Below, one piece after another: positions 56,130 through 64,000 of a stretch of 64,000 nucleotides of DNA (within the stretch, counting starts at the first letter, position 1; every line of letters begins with the position of its first letter). The stretch is from a virus. Under the pieces are notes generated by a model, which worked only from the letters and a program-made list of their open reading frames with translations, was not told the DNA's origin and did no database searches. The position numbers and the translations under genes were made by a program. The stretch lies in IMG/VR virus record IMGVR_UViG_3300042564_004498, positions 32,001 to 96,000 of that record; one strand, 5' to 3'.

Positions 56130-56530
56130 TATAATTTACCTTCTTGTTTTAATTGTTCTCTTATTTTGGTGGCTGAGATATCACTCACTTCTTGAGGTGG
56201 TAAATGCTCTATTATATCGTAACCAACTCCTCTTCCAAAATTTACCGATTCAACATCAGGGATTACCATAACCTTAACTCTTCCCTCAATAATTAAATCA
56301 TATAACTTGATAAGGATATTTTCATAAACTTCTTGTGCTGTGAATGGGTTCTGTTCGTTAGGTTCTATGTCTCTAACACAGATTAAAACATTCTTACCTT
56401 GTTCAAGTCTTTGGTCTATCAACCATCTGTGCCCATCGTGCCATGGTTGCCATCTTCCAATAAACATTGAGAATTGTTTACCAGGGTTATTTTTTAATTT
56501 TGGGTCTCCTTCTATGTGTATCTTTTCCAT
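56129..56530 (-). CDS. HxGH nucleotidyltransferase (cytidylyltransferase-like)
   Basis: FIGRWQPWHDGH, NPF, GRGVGY, ISATKIR. Confidence 0.8.
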   Translation of the reverse strand: MEKIHIEGDPKLKNNPGKQFSMFIGRWQPWHDGHRWLIDQRLEQGKNVLICVRDIEPNEQNPFTAQEVYENILIKLYDLIIEGRVKVMVIPDVESVNFGRGVGYDIIEHLPPQEVSDISATKIREQLKQEGKL

Positions 56531-56531
56531 A

Positions 56532-56963
56532 TTATTTTTTAAATATTTTTTCAACACATTCGGCAACAGTGATGTTGTCGGTGCACATGTCAATGTAATT
56601 TTCTGTTGGTGGTTCATAGTCTTGAACAAAGAATTGTTCCCTACCTCTTACCTCTGAAGTATAAACATAAACTTCTTTTATTGCATTTTCAAGTTTCTCT
56701 TTGAATGCATCTCTTTGTCCTTTGTAAGGAGACACTAATGATACTAAAACATTTTGTCCTTTGGAGTGAAGATATTGAGCCAAATGTTGAGCTAATTGTA
56801 TATTCTTCATTCGTCCTTCTTTTGAATAATCTTTATTATCAAATAATTCTCTAATATCATCACCATCAATATGGTACCAATTATTGAAGTACCTTAACTC
56901 CATAATTGATTTTGCCAATGTTGTCTTACCTGCACCAGGTTGTCCTGTTAACCAATAAATCAT
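56532..56963 (-). CDS. cysC: Adenylyl-sulfate (APS) kinase
   Basis: WLTGQPGAGKTTLA, IDGDDIR, YSKEGR, SLVSPY, YEPP. Confidence 0.85.
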   Translation of the reverse strand: MIYWLTGQPGAGKTTLAKSIMELRYFNNWYHIDGDDIRELFDNKDYSKEGRMKNIQLAQHLAQYLHSKGQNVLVSLVSPYKGQRDAFKEKLENAIKEVYVYTSEVRGREQFFVQDYEPPTENYIDMCTDNITVAECVEKIFKK

Positions 56964-57190
56964 TTTTCTAAGTTTTTAATTTTTCTCTCCAAATACCATA
57001 AAGCTTTCTTTAAATCTTGGAGTTCTTTATCCGAGTCTTTTTTACCCGCTCTCGCAACATACTTAACAACATTGAAGATGTAAGCATCTTTATCAAGCCC
57101 CCAAGCCTCGCAAACTTTTACAACTTCATATGGATTATCCTGACCACCGTAATGTTCTGGGTGGTTAACCATTTCTTTATTTTTACTCAT
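56960..57190 (-). CDS. DUF3310 family protein
   Basis: VNHPEHY...NVVKYVARAGKK...DLKKALWYL. Confidence 0.85.
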   Translation of the reverse strand: MSKNKEMVNHPEHYGGQDNPYEVVKVCEAWGLDKDAYIFNVVKYVARAGKKDSDKELQDLKKALWYLERKIKNLEK

Positions 57191-57413
57191 AATTTCACTA
57201 TGTAATATTTCCCCAATTTAAGAGACTTTTTATGGCCATTTCTAACAGAAAACAATGGTTTTGTGGTCACATTAATTCCAAACCCATTATTAAATCTAAT
57301 AGACCATCCTGATGGTGAAGTACTAAATAAAATAGAATAATCAAATACTCTAATCACAGTTTGACTACAACCACTACCAATATAATATGTTTTCTTAGAT
57401 ATACACATAATGA

Positions 57414-57641
57414 TTATTGGTTATCACTTCGTTTTCCTCTCTTAGTCGGTACTTGGTCGGTTACTTGGTCGGTTACTTGGTCGGTCTTTTTAACTTTACC
57501 TCTGTATTCTTTCCAATCTGATTTTGGTGTGTAAGCCCAGTTACCACCTTTTACTCTAATTCCAGCGTCATAGTCGGTAGTTCTCATAACTTCCCCTAAT
57601 TCTCTACCTTTTGTTTGTCTAATTAATTTAATGCACTTCAT
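57414..57641 (-). CDS. Small basic protein with DQVT repeats
   Basis: 12-bp tandem repeat x3 at ~57446-57485. Confidence 0.6.
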   Translation of the reverse strand: MKCIKLIRQTKGRELGEVMRTTDYDAGIRVKGGNWAYTPKSDWKEYRGKVKKTDQVTDQVTDQVPTKRGKRSDNQ

Positions 57642-57843
57642 TGTTTCCTCCGTGTTTTTTATTGTTAATAATTATAAGAATTTCTTTATCTGACTTACCT
57701 TTACAATATAACTTATGAATAAAATCACCCATCTTATCTTCAAAGATTAAAGCATCACTCTTACCATAATATTGTTTTAGCCTACCATTGTTTAAAGCAT
57801 TAATACTTCCTTCAAGAGTAACCCATCGTTTATTAAATCCCAT
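57628..57843 (-). CDS. Hypothetical protein
   Basis: MGFNKRW...DALIFED. Confidence 0.6.
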   Translation of the reverse strand: MGFNKRWVTLEGSINALNNGRLKQYYGKSDALIFEDKMGDFIHKLYCKGKSDKEILIIINNKKHGGNNEVH

Positions 57844-57860
57844 AAGTAATTATAAGAAAC

Positions 57861-58640
57861 TTATTTTTCAGAGTCAAAGGAATTCATCTTTTCAAGGTTA
57901 ACAATTTGAAAAATGTATGCCATTAGTTTTCTTTTCATGATTGGAATCATGGTTTGTTCCATTGGTAGTTTTTGAGAACATTTCATCTCAAATATTGGAA
58001 GGTCTTTATAAGAATCTGTATGATTCCATTTTGTGAAAGTATTGATAACACTAGTTAGTGTCATCCCATTCAAAGTATTATCGTAAATTAAATTAATATA
58101 AGTTTTATTATTATGAGTATCCCCTTTTGGTTTTTTTATTTCATATTCCCAAACCATTAATTTTTCATTTTCTTTATCAAAATAAAACATATAACCCATA
58201 CCAGAGATTAATCCTTTTTTGTTTTTTTTAAGAAAAATGTCTGTACTATCATAGGCTAAATTCCATATTGATTTTGCAATATTAAACGCATCAAATAATT
58301 TTCCACCTGAAAATGTAAGAGTCTTATCTAACTCACTTTCTTCATCATTTGATAATTGTCTTGGTTTTTTTGAAATAAGTTCTTTAACAAGGATTTCATC
58401 ATCACACGACTCAAATTTTTTATTAGTCAGTAATAATGTATTTTCTTTAACAATAGATTGTAAGTTCGCCAAATGTAGCGACAATTCAACAAAGTCAGGA
58501 TATATTTCCAACTTATCAAATCCTTTTTCACATTTTTGTAAGTAATCTAATAAAGTATATTTGTTATATTCAAAATCAATAGGCTCTTTGAACATCCACT
58601 CAGGATTTAACTTAAATGATATTTTTTTCTTTCTTCCCAT
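57861..58640 (-). CDS. Hypothetical protein
   Basis: W...PIDFEYNKYTLLDYLQ. Confidence 0.7.
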   Translation of the reverse strand: MGRKKKISFKLNPEWMFKEPIDFEYNKYTLLDYLQKCEKGFDKLEIYPDFVELSLHLANLQSIVKENTLLLTNKKFESCDDEILVKELISKKPRQLSNDEESELDKTLTFSGGKLFDAFNIAKSIWNLAYDSTDIFLKKNKKGLISGMGYMFYFDKENEKLMVWEYEIKKPKGDTHNNKTYINLIYDNTLNGMTLTSVINTFTKWNHTDSYKDLPIFEMKCSQKLPMEQTMIPIMKRKLMAYIFQIVNLEKMNSFDSEK

Positions 58641-58666
58641 TTTTCAATAATACAATTAATGATAAA

Positions 58667-60439
58667 TTAATCAATTCTGATTACATAAAATAACTCATCT
58701 TTCACATAAATCTCATCAGCACTACCATCATAACTACTTATAGTTGCACCATACCCATCAGCATTTATCACTCCTTGGATAAAATCATCTTTGTCAATAT
58801 AATTCTCCCAATCTAACCCATAATTTTGCATGAATTCTTCCGGGTCATAATTAACATCACGAACTAACTCATTAATCTTATCTTCAATCATATCCTCAGG
58901 GAAGTCTCCGTCAGGATTGGTTTCTATTTCTTCAATCTCTTCTTTAAATTCTTCAATAAGTTCATTTAATTCATCAATCTTGTCTTGAATACTTTCATCT
59001 CCTTCACCACCATCCATATGACTTTCCATGTCATTAATATGGTTTTCAAGTTTTTCAATTTTATTATTCAAGATTTCAATTTTTTCTTCTTGGTCTTCAG
59101 ATAACATTCTATCCTCATCACTAAAATAAGATTCAGGACTATCTCTCACATCATTTTCATAAACATCTTCCGCTTCTTTAACAATAGCTTCGGTGTCCAA
59201 ATACCCTTGAGCAAATCCTGAGTTAAATCCTGTATAACCAATATCATCAATTAAATTATCCACGTAGTCATAACAACTTTTTTGCATATCATCATCATCA
59301 CCAACCCCATATCTTCTACCATCTAAATCAGCATCAATAACTTCAAATTCAGTTAAGTCATAATGTTGTCCCACAGGAACAATGTTGTACACATCAATAT
59401 GTCCATCATAAGTTGTTAATTCATCCTCAAGAGCTTCAATTTCATCTAATATTTCAACATTTTCATCAGGTTCTCCTTCTCTTTCATCATCATCATATCT
59501 TCTTTTAAGTACCTCTATCTCATTATTAATTCTTAGAATATCCGCCCTGTCATCATTAGTTAATACACTAACATCTGAATTTTCAACAAGAAAGTTTAGT
59601 AATGCATGGGCCTCTAATCCTTCATCAGGACAATCACCATTCAAATCCCATTCCTCATCTTCTCTTCTCTCTTGAGCGTCTTCCCTCATTCCTTGAACTC
59701 TCTGTTGTTCTCTTAATCTTTCAAGTCTTTCTTTTTCTTTTTTGGCAGAAGCAATATCAGAATATATTTTAAGTTGTTCTCCGTATTCTTGTTGTAAATA
59801 AGAATCAACTGAAGATATTATTTCATTAATTTTGTTTGTGTTGAGTATCCATCCATTTTTAATTGCCTCATCTTTCGCGTCATAATAAATTGTACCCCCA
59901 TCAAATTTTCTTAATAACGCAACTTTATACAATGGGTCACTGGTTGCTTTAGTTCTATCTAAAATGTAGAATAACTTTCCATCTTCATTATATCTTTTGA
60001 ATTGGTAATCAGATTCTGCCGCAGTACACCACTTGGTACCTTTACCATAATAACACGAAGCGTCATGTGTTAATGGATTAACAACAAAAAACTTTCCATC
60101 ATCATAAACAACATTACCACCCTCAACTTTTTTAACATCTCTCCGAGCCCTATTATGATAGTTCACAATTGAGTTTATTAATTCATCAGCATTTTGATAT
60201 TGTGTAATATCAGTTTTTGGTAGGTTTGTTGAAATCTTATCAAACCTTTCAAGAGCATCTACTAATTTGGTAAAGTTCTCATCAAAGTTAATGTTGTCAG
60301 ATACCTTGCCTACCCACTCAAAATATTTTTGTGGTACTTTCTCAATAATTTTGTTCAAATTTTCAGGTGAAAATTTCTTTCCATACTTGGATTTAAAGTC
60401 ATCAACTCTTCCTTCTTGTATTAATTTTAAAAAATCCAT
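58667..60439 (-). CDS. Tagged large acidic protein
   Basis: MDFLKLIQE|G; ASCYYGKGTKWCTAA domain; coiled coils; TATTTAT upstream. Confidence 0.75.
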   Translation of the reverse strand: MDFLKLIQEGRVDDFKSKYGKKFSPENLNKIIEKVPQKYFEWVGKVSDNINFDENFTKLVDALERFDKISTNLPKTDITQYQNADELINSIVNYHNRARRDVKKVEGGNVVYDDGKFFVVNPLTHDASCYYGKGTKWCTAAESDYQFKRYNEDGKLFYILDRTKATSDPLYKVALLRKFDGGTIYYDAKDEAIKNGWILNTNKINEIISSVDSYLQQEYGEQLKIYSDIASAKKEKERLERLREQQRVQGMREDAQERREDEEWDLNGDCPDEGLEAHALLNFLVENSDVSVLTNDDRADILRINNEIEVLKRRYDDDEREGEPDENVEILDEIEALEDELTTYDGHIDVYNIVPVGQHYDLTEFEVIDADLDGRRYGVGDDDDMQKSCYDYVDNLIDDIGYTGFNSGFAQGYLDTEAIVKEAEDVYENDVRDSPESYFSDEDRMLSEDQEEKIEILNNKIEKLENHINDMESHMDGGEGDESIQDKIDELNELIEEFKEEIEEIETNPDGDFPEDMIEDKINELVRDVNYDPEEFMQNYGLDWENYIDKDDFIQGVINADGYGATISSYDGSADEIYVKDELFYVIRID

Positions 60440-60521
60440 TAATCTTTTATTTAATAAATATCATTTTTATATTATAATTAAACCATAATCACTATTTATA
60501 GTAATAAAGTTATTGTTTAAT

Positions 60522-61112
60522 ATGGTAGGAGGGATTTACAAGATAGAAAATTTAATTGATGGTAAAGTTTATATCGGAAGTTCTATTAATATTATTAGCC
60601 GAAAACAAAAACATTTTTGGATGTTAAAAAAAGGGATTCACGATAATTGTCATCTCCAACATAGTTACAATAAATTTGGTGAGGATTCATTTATATTTGA
60701 AGTATTAGAAGAATGTAATAATAAAGATTTAATAATTAAAGAAAATTATCATATTTTTAAATATAAATCTAACAATAGCGAGTTTGGTTATAATTTGGCA
60801 ACCGTAAATGAATTTAGAAGAAATACATATAATAATGAAGTTAAAGTTAAATTGTCTAAATATAATTTAACCAAGAATGGTAATTTTAATACATATTCAC
60901 TAACTAATATTCAAACTAATAAAGAACACACATTTAATACATTAGTTGACGGCGCCAATTATTTAATTCAAAATGGATTTGCAAAAGGGAAATCTCGGAA
61001 TGTGAGAATGAAATTATCAAACTCGCTTAGGGGGATTAAAGTTAACAATGGAAGTAAAACAGAAACAATAAGAAAAACTTGTTATAAACATAATTTTAAT
61101 ATAATAAACTAA
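60522..61112 (+). CDS. Free-standing GIY-YIG homing endonuclease
   Basis: GIYKIENLIDGKVYIGSS...R...H...E...GYN. Confidence 0.9.
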   Translation: MVGGIYKIENLIDGKVYIGSSINIISRKQKHFWMLKKGIHDNCHLQHSYNKFGEDSFIFEVLEECNNKDLIIKENYHIFKYKSNNSEFGYNLATVNEFRRNTYNNEVKVKLSKYNLTKNGNFNTYSLTNIQTNKEHTFNTLVDGANYLIQNGFAKGKSRNVRMKLSNSLRGIKVNNGSKTETIRKTCYKHNFNIIN

Positions 61113-61127
61113 AAAAAACGAATCACT

Positions 61128-61289
61128 ATGTCGTGTGGATGCAAAAATAAGCAAAATCAAACACCTGAGCAACAAACCGCTCAAGTTCAACAGGCACAAG
61201 CTGTTAAACAACAACAAACTGAAAGCATTAAACAAGCTATCAAGAAAACTGTTGAGAAGTACTACAATGTAAATAAAACCTCTAACTAA
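61128..61289 (+). CDS. 53-aa MSCGCK peptide
   Basis: MSCGCKNKQNQ...KKTVEKYYNVNKTSN; not in the ORF track. Confidence 0.7.
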   Translation: MSCGCKNKQNQTPEQQTAQVQQAQAVKQQQTESIKQAIKKTVEKYYNVNKTSN

Positions 61290-61351
61290 GGAATTTTACA
61301 TAAATTAACAGAGGGACAATGAAAATTGCCCCTTTTTTTGTATTTATACAT

Positions 61352-62344
61352 ATGGATTTTAATGATATAGTAGAAAAATTTAATAATGGAGATTTAGATG
61401 TTGAAAAATATTTTAACGACTATGAGACTTTCTTCAGTGTATTAAAGAAAAGAGGTTTAATGAGTGAAATAGACCCAAATAATGCCACTGATGGTGACCA
61501 ATGGCAAAATGAATATTTGTTATGGTTATACCATAATGATAAAACCGCCTTTAACAAATGGGTACCACCTCTATTGAATGATGTTATTTTTAAAGACGGT
61601 GTTTATTATTTGGATGTTGATGATAGAGGTGAGTTAAGTAAATTATTTTGTGATGGTAGAAATGATATCTCACGAAGTACTATTGAAGGTATTCTTAGCG
61701 GTGAAAGTGATTGGGACCCTTATTGGAACACAACCGATGATGTTTACAGAGATGTTGTTGAAGAGCTTAATGAAGACAATTTAAAACTTCTTGGTGAATA
61801 CATTGTATCTAATCTTGAGGGTAAAGAAATTGAACCAGAAACCGAACTTTTGTCTGACATTGCAACATCCCAAGGAACTGAAAATCCAATCATTAATTAT
61901 GAGAATGTTACTCAAATAATTAGAGACGAAGAAACATTAAAATATTTGTGGGACACTGGATTACCAGAACTACACGGAGAATTGTATAGTATTCATAGTC
62001 AATCATATAATAATGCGTATGAAGATACTGTTTGGGAAGAAGTTTGGAATGAACTTAGTACTTACTTTATAGGTCATGGCGAATGGGTATCAAGACCTCA
62101 CAGATATAAAAAAGATACCGAAGTTCAACACTTTGTCATACCAATAGCCAATTTTGAATCCGATATTGTTAAATTTTTAGAAGATAATAAAGGTTACGGT
62201 AATTCAGGTACTTTAGAGTATTGGGGTAGTTACGTAGATGTTTTAAAAGAATGGGCTGATTGTTTGGGTGTTCGCTCACCAGATTACCCTGATTTTCAAA
62301 AAGTAGATAAAAATATAAATGAATTATTTCCTGATTATATTTAA
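61352..62344 (+). CDS. Hypothetical acidic protein
   Basis: TATTTAT-N4-ATG at 61352. Confidence 0.75.
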   Translation: MDFNDIVEKFNNGDLDVEKYFNDYETFFSVLKKRGLMSEIDPNNATDGDQWQNEYLLWLYHNDKTAFNKWVPPLLNDVIFKDGVYYLDVDDRGELSKLFCDGRNDISRSTIEGILSGESDWDPYWNTTDDVYRDVVEELNEDNLKLLGEYIVSNLEGKEIEPETELLSDIATSQGTENPIINYENVTQIIRDEETLKYLWDTGLPELHGELYSIHSQSYNNAYEDTVWEEVWNELSTYFIGHGEWVSRPHRYKKDTEVQHFVIPIANFESDIVKFLEDNKGYGNSGTLEYWGSYVDVLKEWADCLGVRSPDYPDFQKVDKNINELFPDYI

Positions 62345-62421
62345 TATTTTTATAATCTTCTATTCGTTTTATTTTTTAAAATCCCTATTATTCACTCAAT
62401 AAATAATAATTTAACTTATTG

Positions 62422-63177
62422 ATGAATTTAAAGAAAATCGGAAGTAATATCTTTGCAACAAATTTATTTGCAGATTTCATATTATCTAAAATACCAAAAG
62501 AAGAACAGTCTATCATAAAAGTGATTGATTGTACCAACTTCTTTGTAATTAAAGGAAAAACAACTTATAATGAAGTTTTAGACATTTCAACTTTAACTTC
62601 AGAATTTGAAAAAAAATACAAATCAATAATTAAAGATGTTAAAATAAGTCACTCGATTGACTTAATTGAATATGGTGTTGATATGTCATCTACATCAGAG
62701 ATTACTCACACTTATTATTTTACCGACAATTGTGCTTATAATCAAAAACAAATTGATTTATTTAAGTCTGAGGATTGTACATACACTAATGAATATGTCC
62801 CTAAAAAAATAACCAATGAAGAATTGGTTACTGTATCTGAATTTCCTCATGGATATTCTCTCGGCCAAGGTAGATTATTATATTACTACGGTAAACACAT
62901 ATTTTATAGTATTCCGTCAGATTATTCAACACAATCATTAACATTCAATTTAACCACATTAAAAGATGAAGATGGTGATAACCTACTTAAAGTGTTTAAC
63001 CCATATCTTGGAACCAATGACGATAGATTAGTTTCCGCAATTTTAGATGTTTTTGATTTTGATATGTCTTGGTTAAGTACTGAAATGAAAAAAGTGGATT
63101 GGAGTATAGAACTCACAAATCCACTTAAAGAATATTCTGTAATTAAAGAAAAAAATAAAGATTTAATTTTATTCTAA
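62422..63177 (+). CDS. Hypothetical protein (weak MetK-like resemblance)
   Basis: NLFADFILSKI...FVIKGKTT. Confidence 0.6.
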   Translation: MNLKKIGSNIFATNLFADFILSKIPKEEQSIIKVIDCTNFFVIKGKTTYNEVLDISTLTSEFEKKYKSIIKDVKISHSIDLIEYGVDMSSTSEITHTYYFTDNCAYNQKQIDLFKSEDCTYTNEYVPKKITNEELVTVSEFPHGYSLGQGRLLYYYGKHIFYSIPSDYSTQSLTFNLTTLKDEDGDNLLKVFNPYLGTNDDRLVSAILDVFDFDMSWLSTEMKKVDWSIELTNPLKEYSVIKEKNKDLILF

Positions 63178-63473
63178 ATAATTCCTACGTTTTTTCTATG
63201 TTGATTAACAATATCAACCGCTTCTGTAAGTTCATAATAATTTTTATCAGGAACATATAAAAAAGATTCATGGTTTTCACCATCACCTTCAATAATTAAT
63301 AATGCAGGAATCATATCGTTTTCAGTTATTTGACTGAATGTGTCATATTCATCCTTATAGACCTCAATATCTCTATCAAAAAATTCAACACCTTCTTTAG
63401 TTAATAACTCTTTGAACTCTGTACAAAATGGACAACCTTGCATCGTGTACACAATAACATTTAAATCTTTCAT
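63174..63473 (-). CDS. Glutaredoxin-like protein
   Basis: VYTMQGCPFC...MIPAL. Confidence 0.85.
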   Translation of the reverse strand: MKDLNVIVYTMQGCPFCTEFKELLTKEGVEFFDRDIEVYKDEYDTFSQITENDMIPALLIIEGDGENHESFLYVPDKNYYELTEAVDIVNQHRKNVGII

Positions 63474-63478
63474 TTTAA

Positions 63479-63799
63479 TTAGTTTAACAAAGCAAGTACT
63501 TGGTCTGGTTGTAAAATCCCCGCTTGGGAGAATGTTTGCATTCCTTCCTTGAAGACTTTTATTGTTGGGACGCTTCTGATTCCTAACTCTCTCATATAAT
63601 CCATATCACTTTCGATATCAAATTTATACACCCCATATGTAGGTGTTCCTGTAGATTCTTTAATTAACGATTCATTAACTTTTTCTAAGTTAACTAACAT
63701 TACTTTACATGGGCCACACCATGTTGCGAATAAATCTAATACAAAACTTTCTTTGTTAATAATTTTTTGTTTTAATTCTTCAGATGTTATTTGTTGCAT
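63479..63799 (-). CDS. Thioredoxin
   Basis: LFATWCGPCK...IRSVPT. Confidence 0.9.
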   Translation of the reverse strand: MQQITSEELKQKIINKESFVLDLFATWCGPCKVMLVNLEKVNESLIKESTGTPTYGVYKFDIESDMDYMRELGIRSVPTIKVFKEGMQTFSQAGILQPDQVLALLN

Positions 63800-64000
63800 T
63801 TTTAAATTGTTTTAATACTTGACCAATAAATAAGTCAAATTCGTTTGATTGTTCTTGTTTATAGTGAATAGTTACTTCAATCATTTGTTGTTGACCAGTA
63901 ATGTATTCATGTTCTCTAAATAAATAAATATAAAACCCTTGTGTTGTTTTATACAATTTTTCTTTATAAATTCTTTTACCATCTGTATCCATAGTAAAAT
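63780..64000 (-). CDS. Hypothetical protein (possibly 5'-truncated by the window edge)
   Basis: Frame stays open to the window end. Confidence 0.5.
   Translation of the reverse strand, partial: FTMDTDGKRIYKEKLYKTTQGFYIYLFREHEYITGQQQMIEVTIHYKQEQSNEFDLFIGQVLKQFKNATNNI

Noticed and set aside
60522-61112. Group I intron around the GIY-YIG gene
   Set aside because: Flanks are short AT-rich spacers with no interrupted host gene or intron core elements.
1-64000. Genome-wide stop-codon recoding
   Set aside because: Standard code 11 gives dense, coupled ORFs, and TAG and TGA both end genes normally. Only one isolated in-frame TAG was noticed.

Overview
AT-rich, densely coding 64-kb segment of a large (jumbo-type) tailed phage genome. 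The host is most likely Bacteroidota: there are many TTTG-N19-20-TAnnTTTG promoters and Shine-Dalgarno motifs are not evident. No core capsid, terminase or polymerase genes fall in the window. (1) 1-11 kb is a surface-modification module: radical SAM enzyme, two sulfotransferases, glycosyltransferases including a GT9-like enzyme with Lys at the catalytic-Asp position, a 1263-aa Gly/Cys-rich repeat fibre, and a five-gene ADP-heptose-like pathway. (2) 11-50 kb is an accessory region with two promoter classes, host-type TAnnTTTG and a phage TATTTAT motif. About 25 genes in the window carry an N-terminal [ILV]-x-E leader (MKYIITE, MKxIxLTESDL, MNLQENI) resembling a capsid-targeting, prohead-protease-cleaved tag. 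One ~90-aa 'WFE' domain family occurs in both tagged and untagged forms. (3) 23.8-26.9 kb is largely non-coding, with DnaA-box-like clusters, G-tracts and a small structured RNA (candidate origin or terminus). (4) 50.3-51.9 kb holds an ~870-nt highly structured ncRNA (GOLLD-like candidate) behind stacked promoters with boxA-like elements, plus two atypical tRNA-Met(CAT) genes. (5) 52-64 kb encodes a DHH phosphoesterase, DNA methyltransferase, APS kinase plus nucleotidyltransferase, GIY-YIG endonuclease, glutaredoxin and thioredoxin. All product calls come from motif recognition by eye; no database searches were run.
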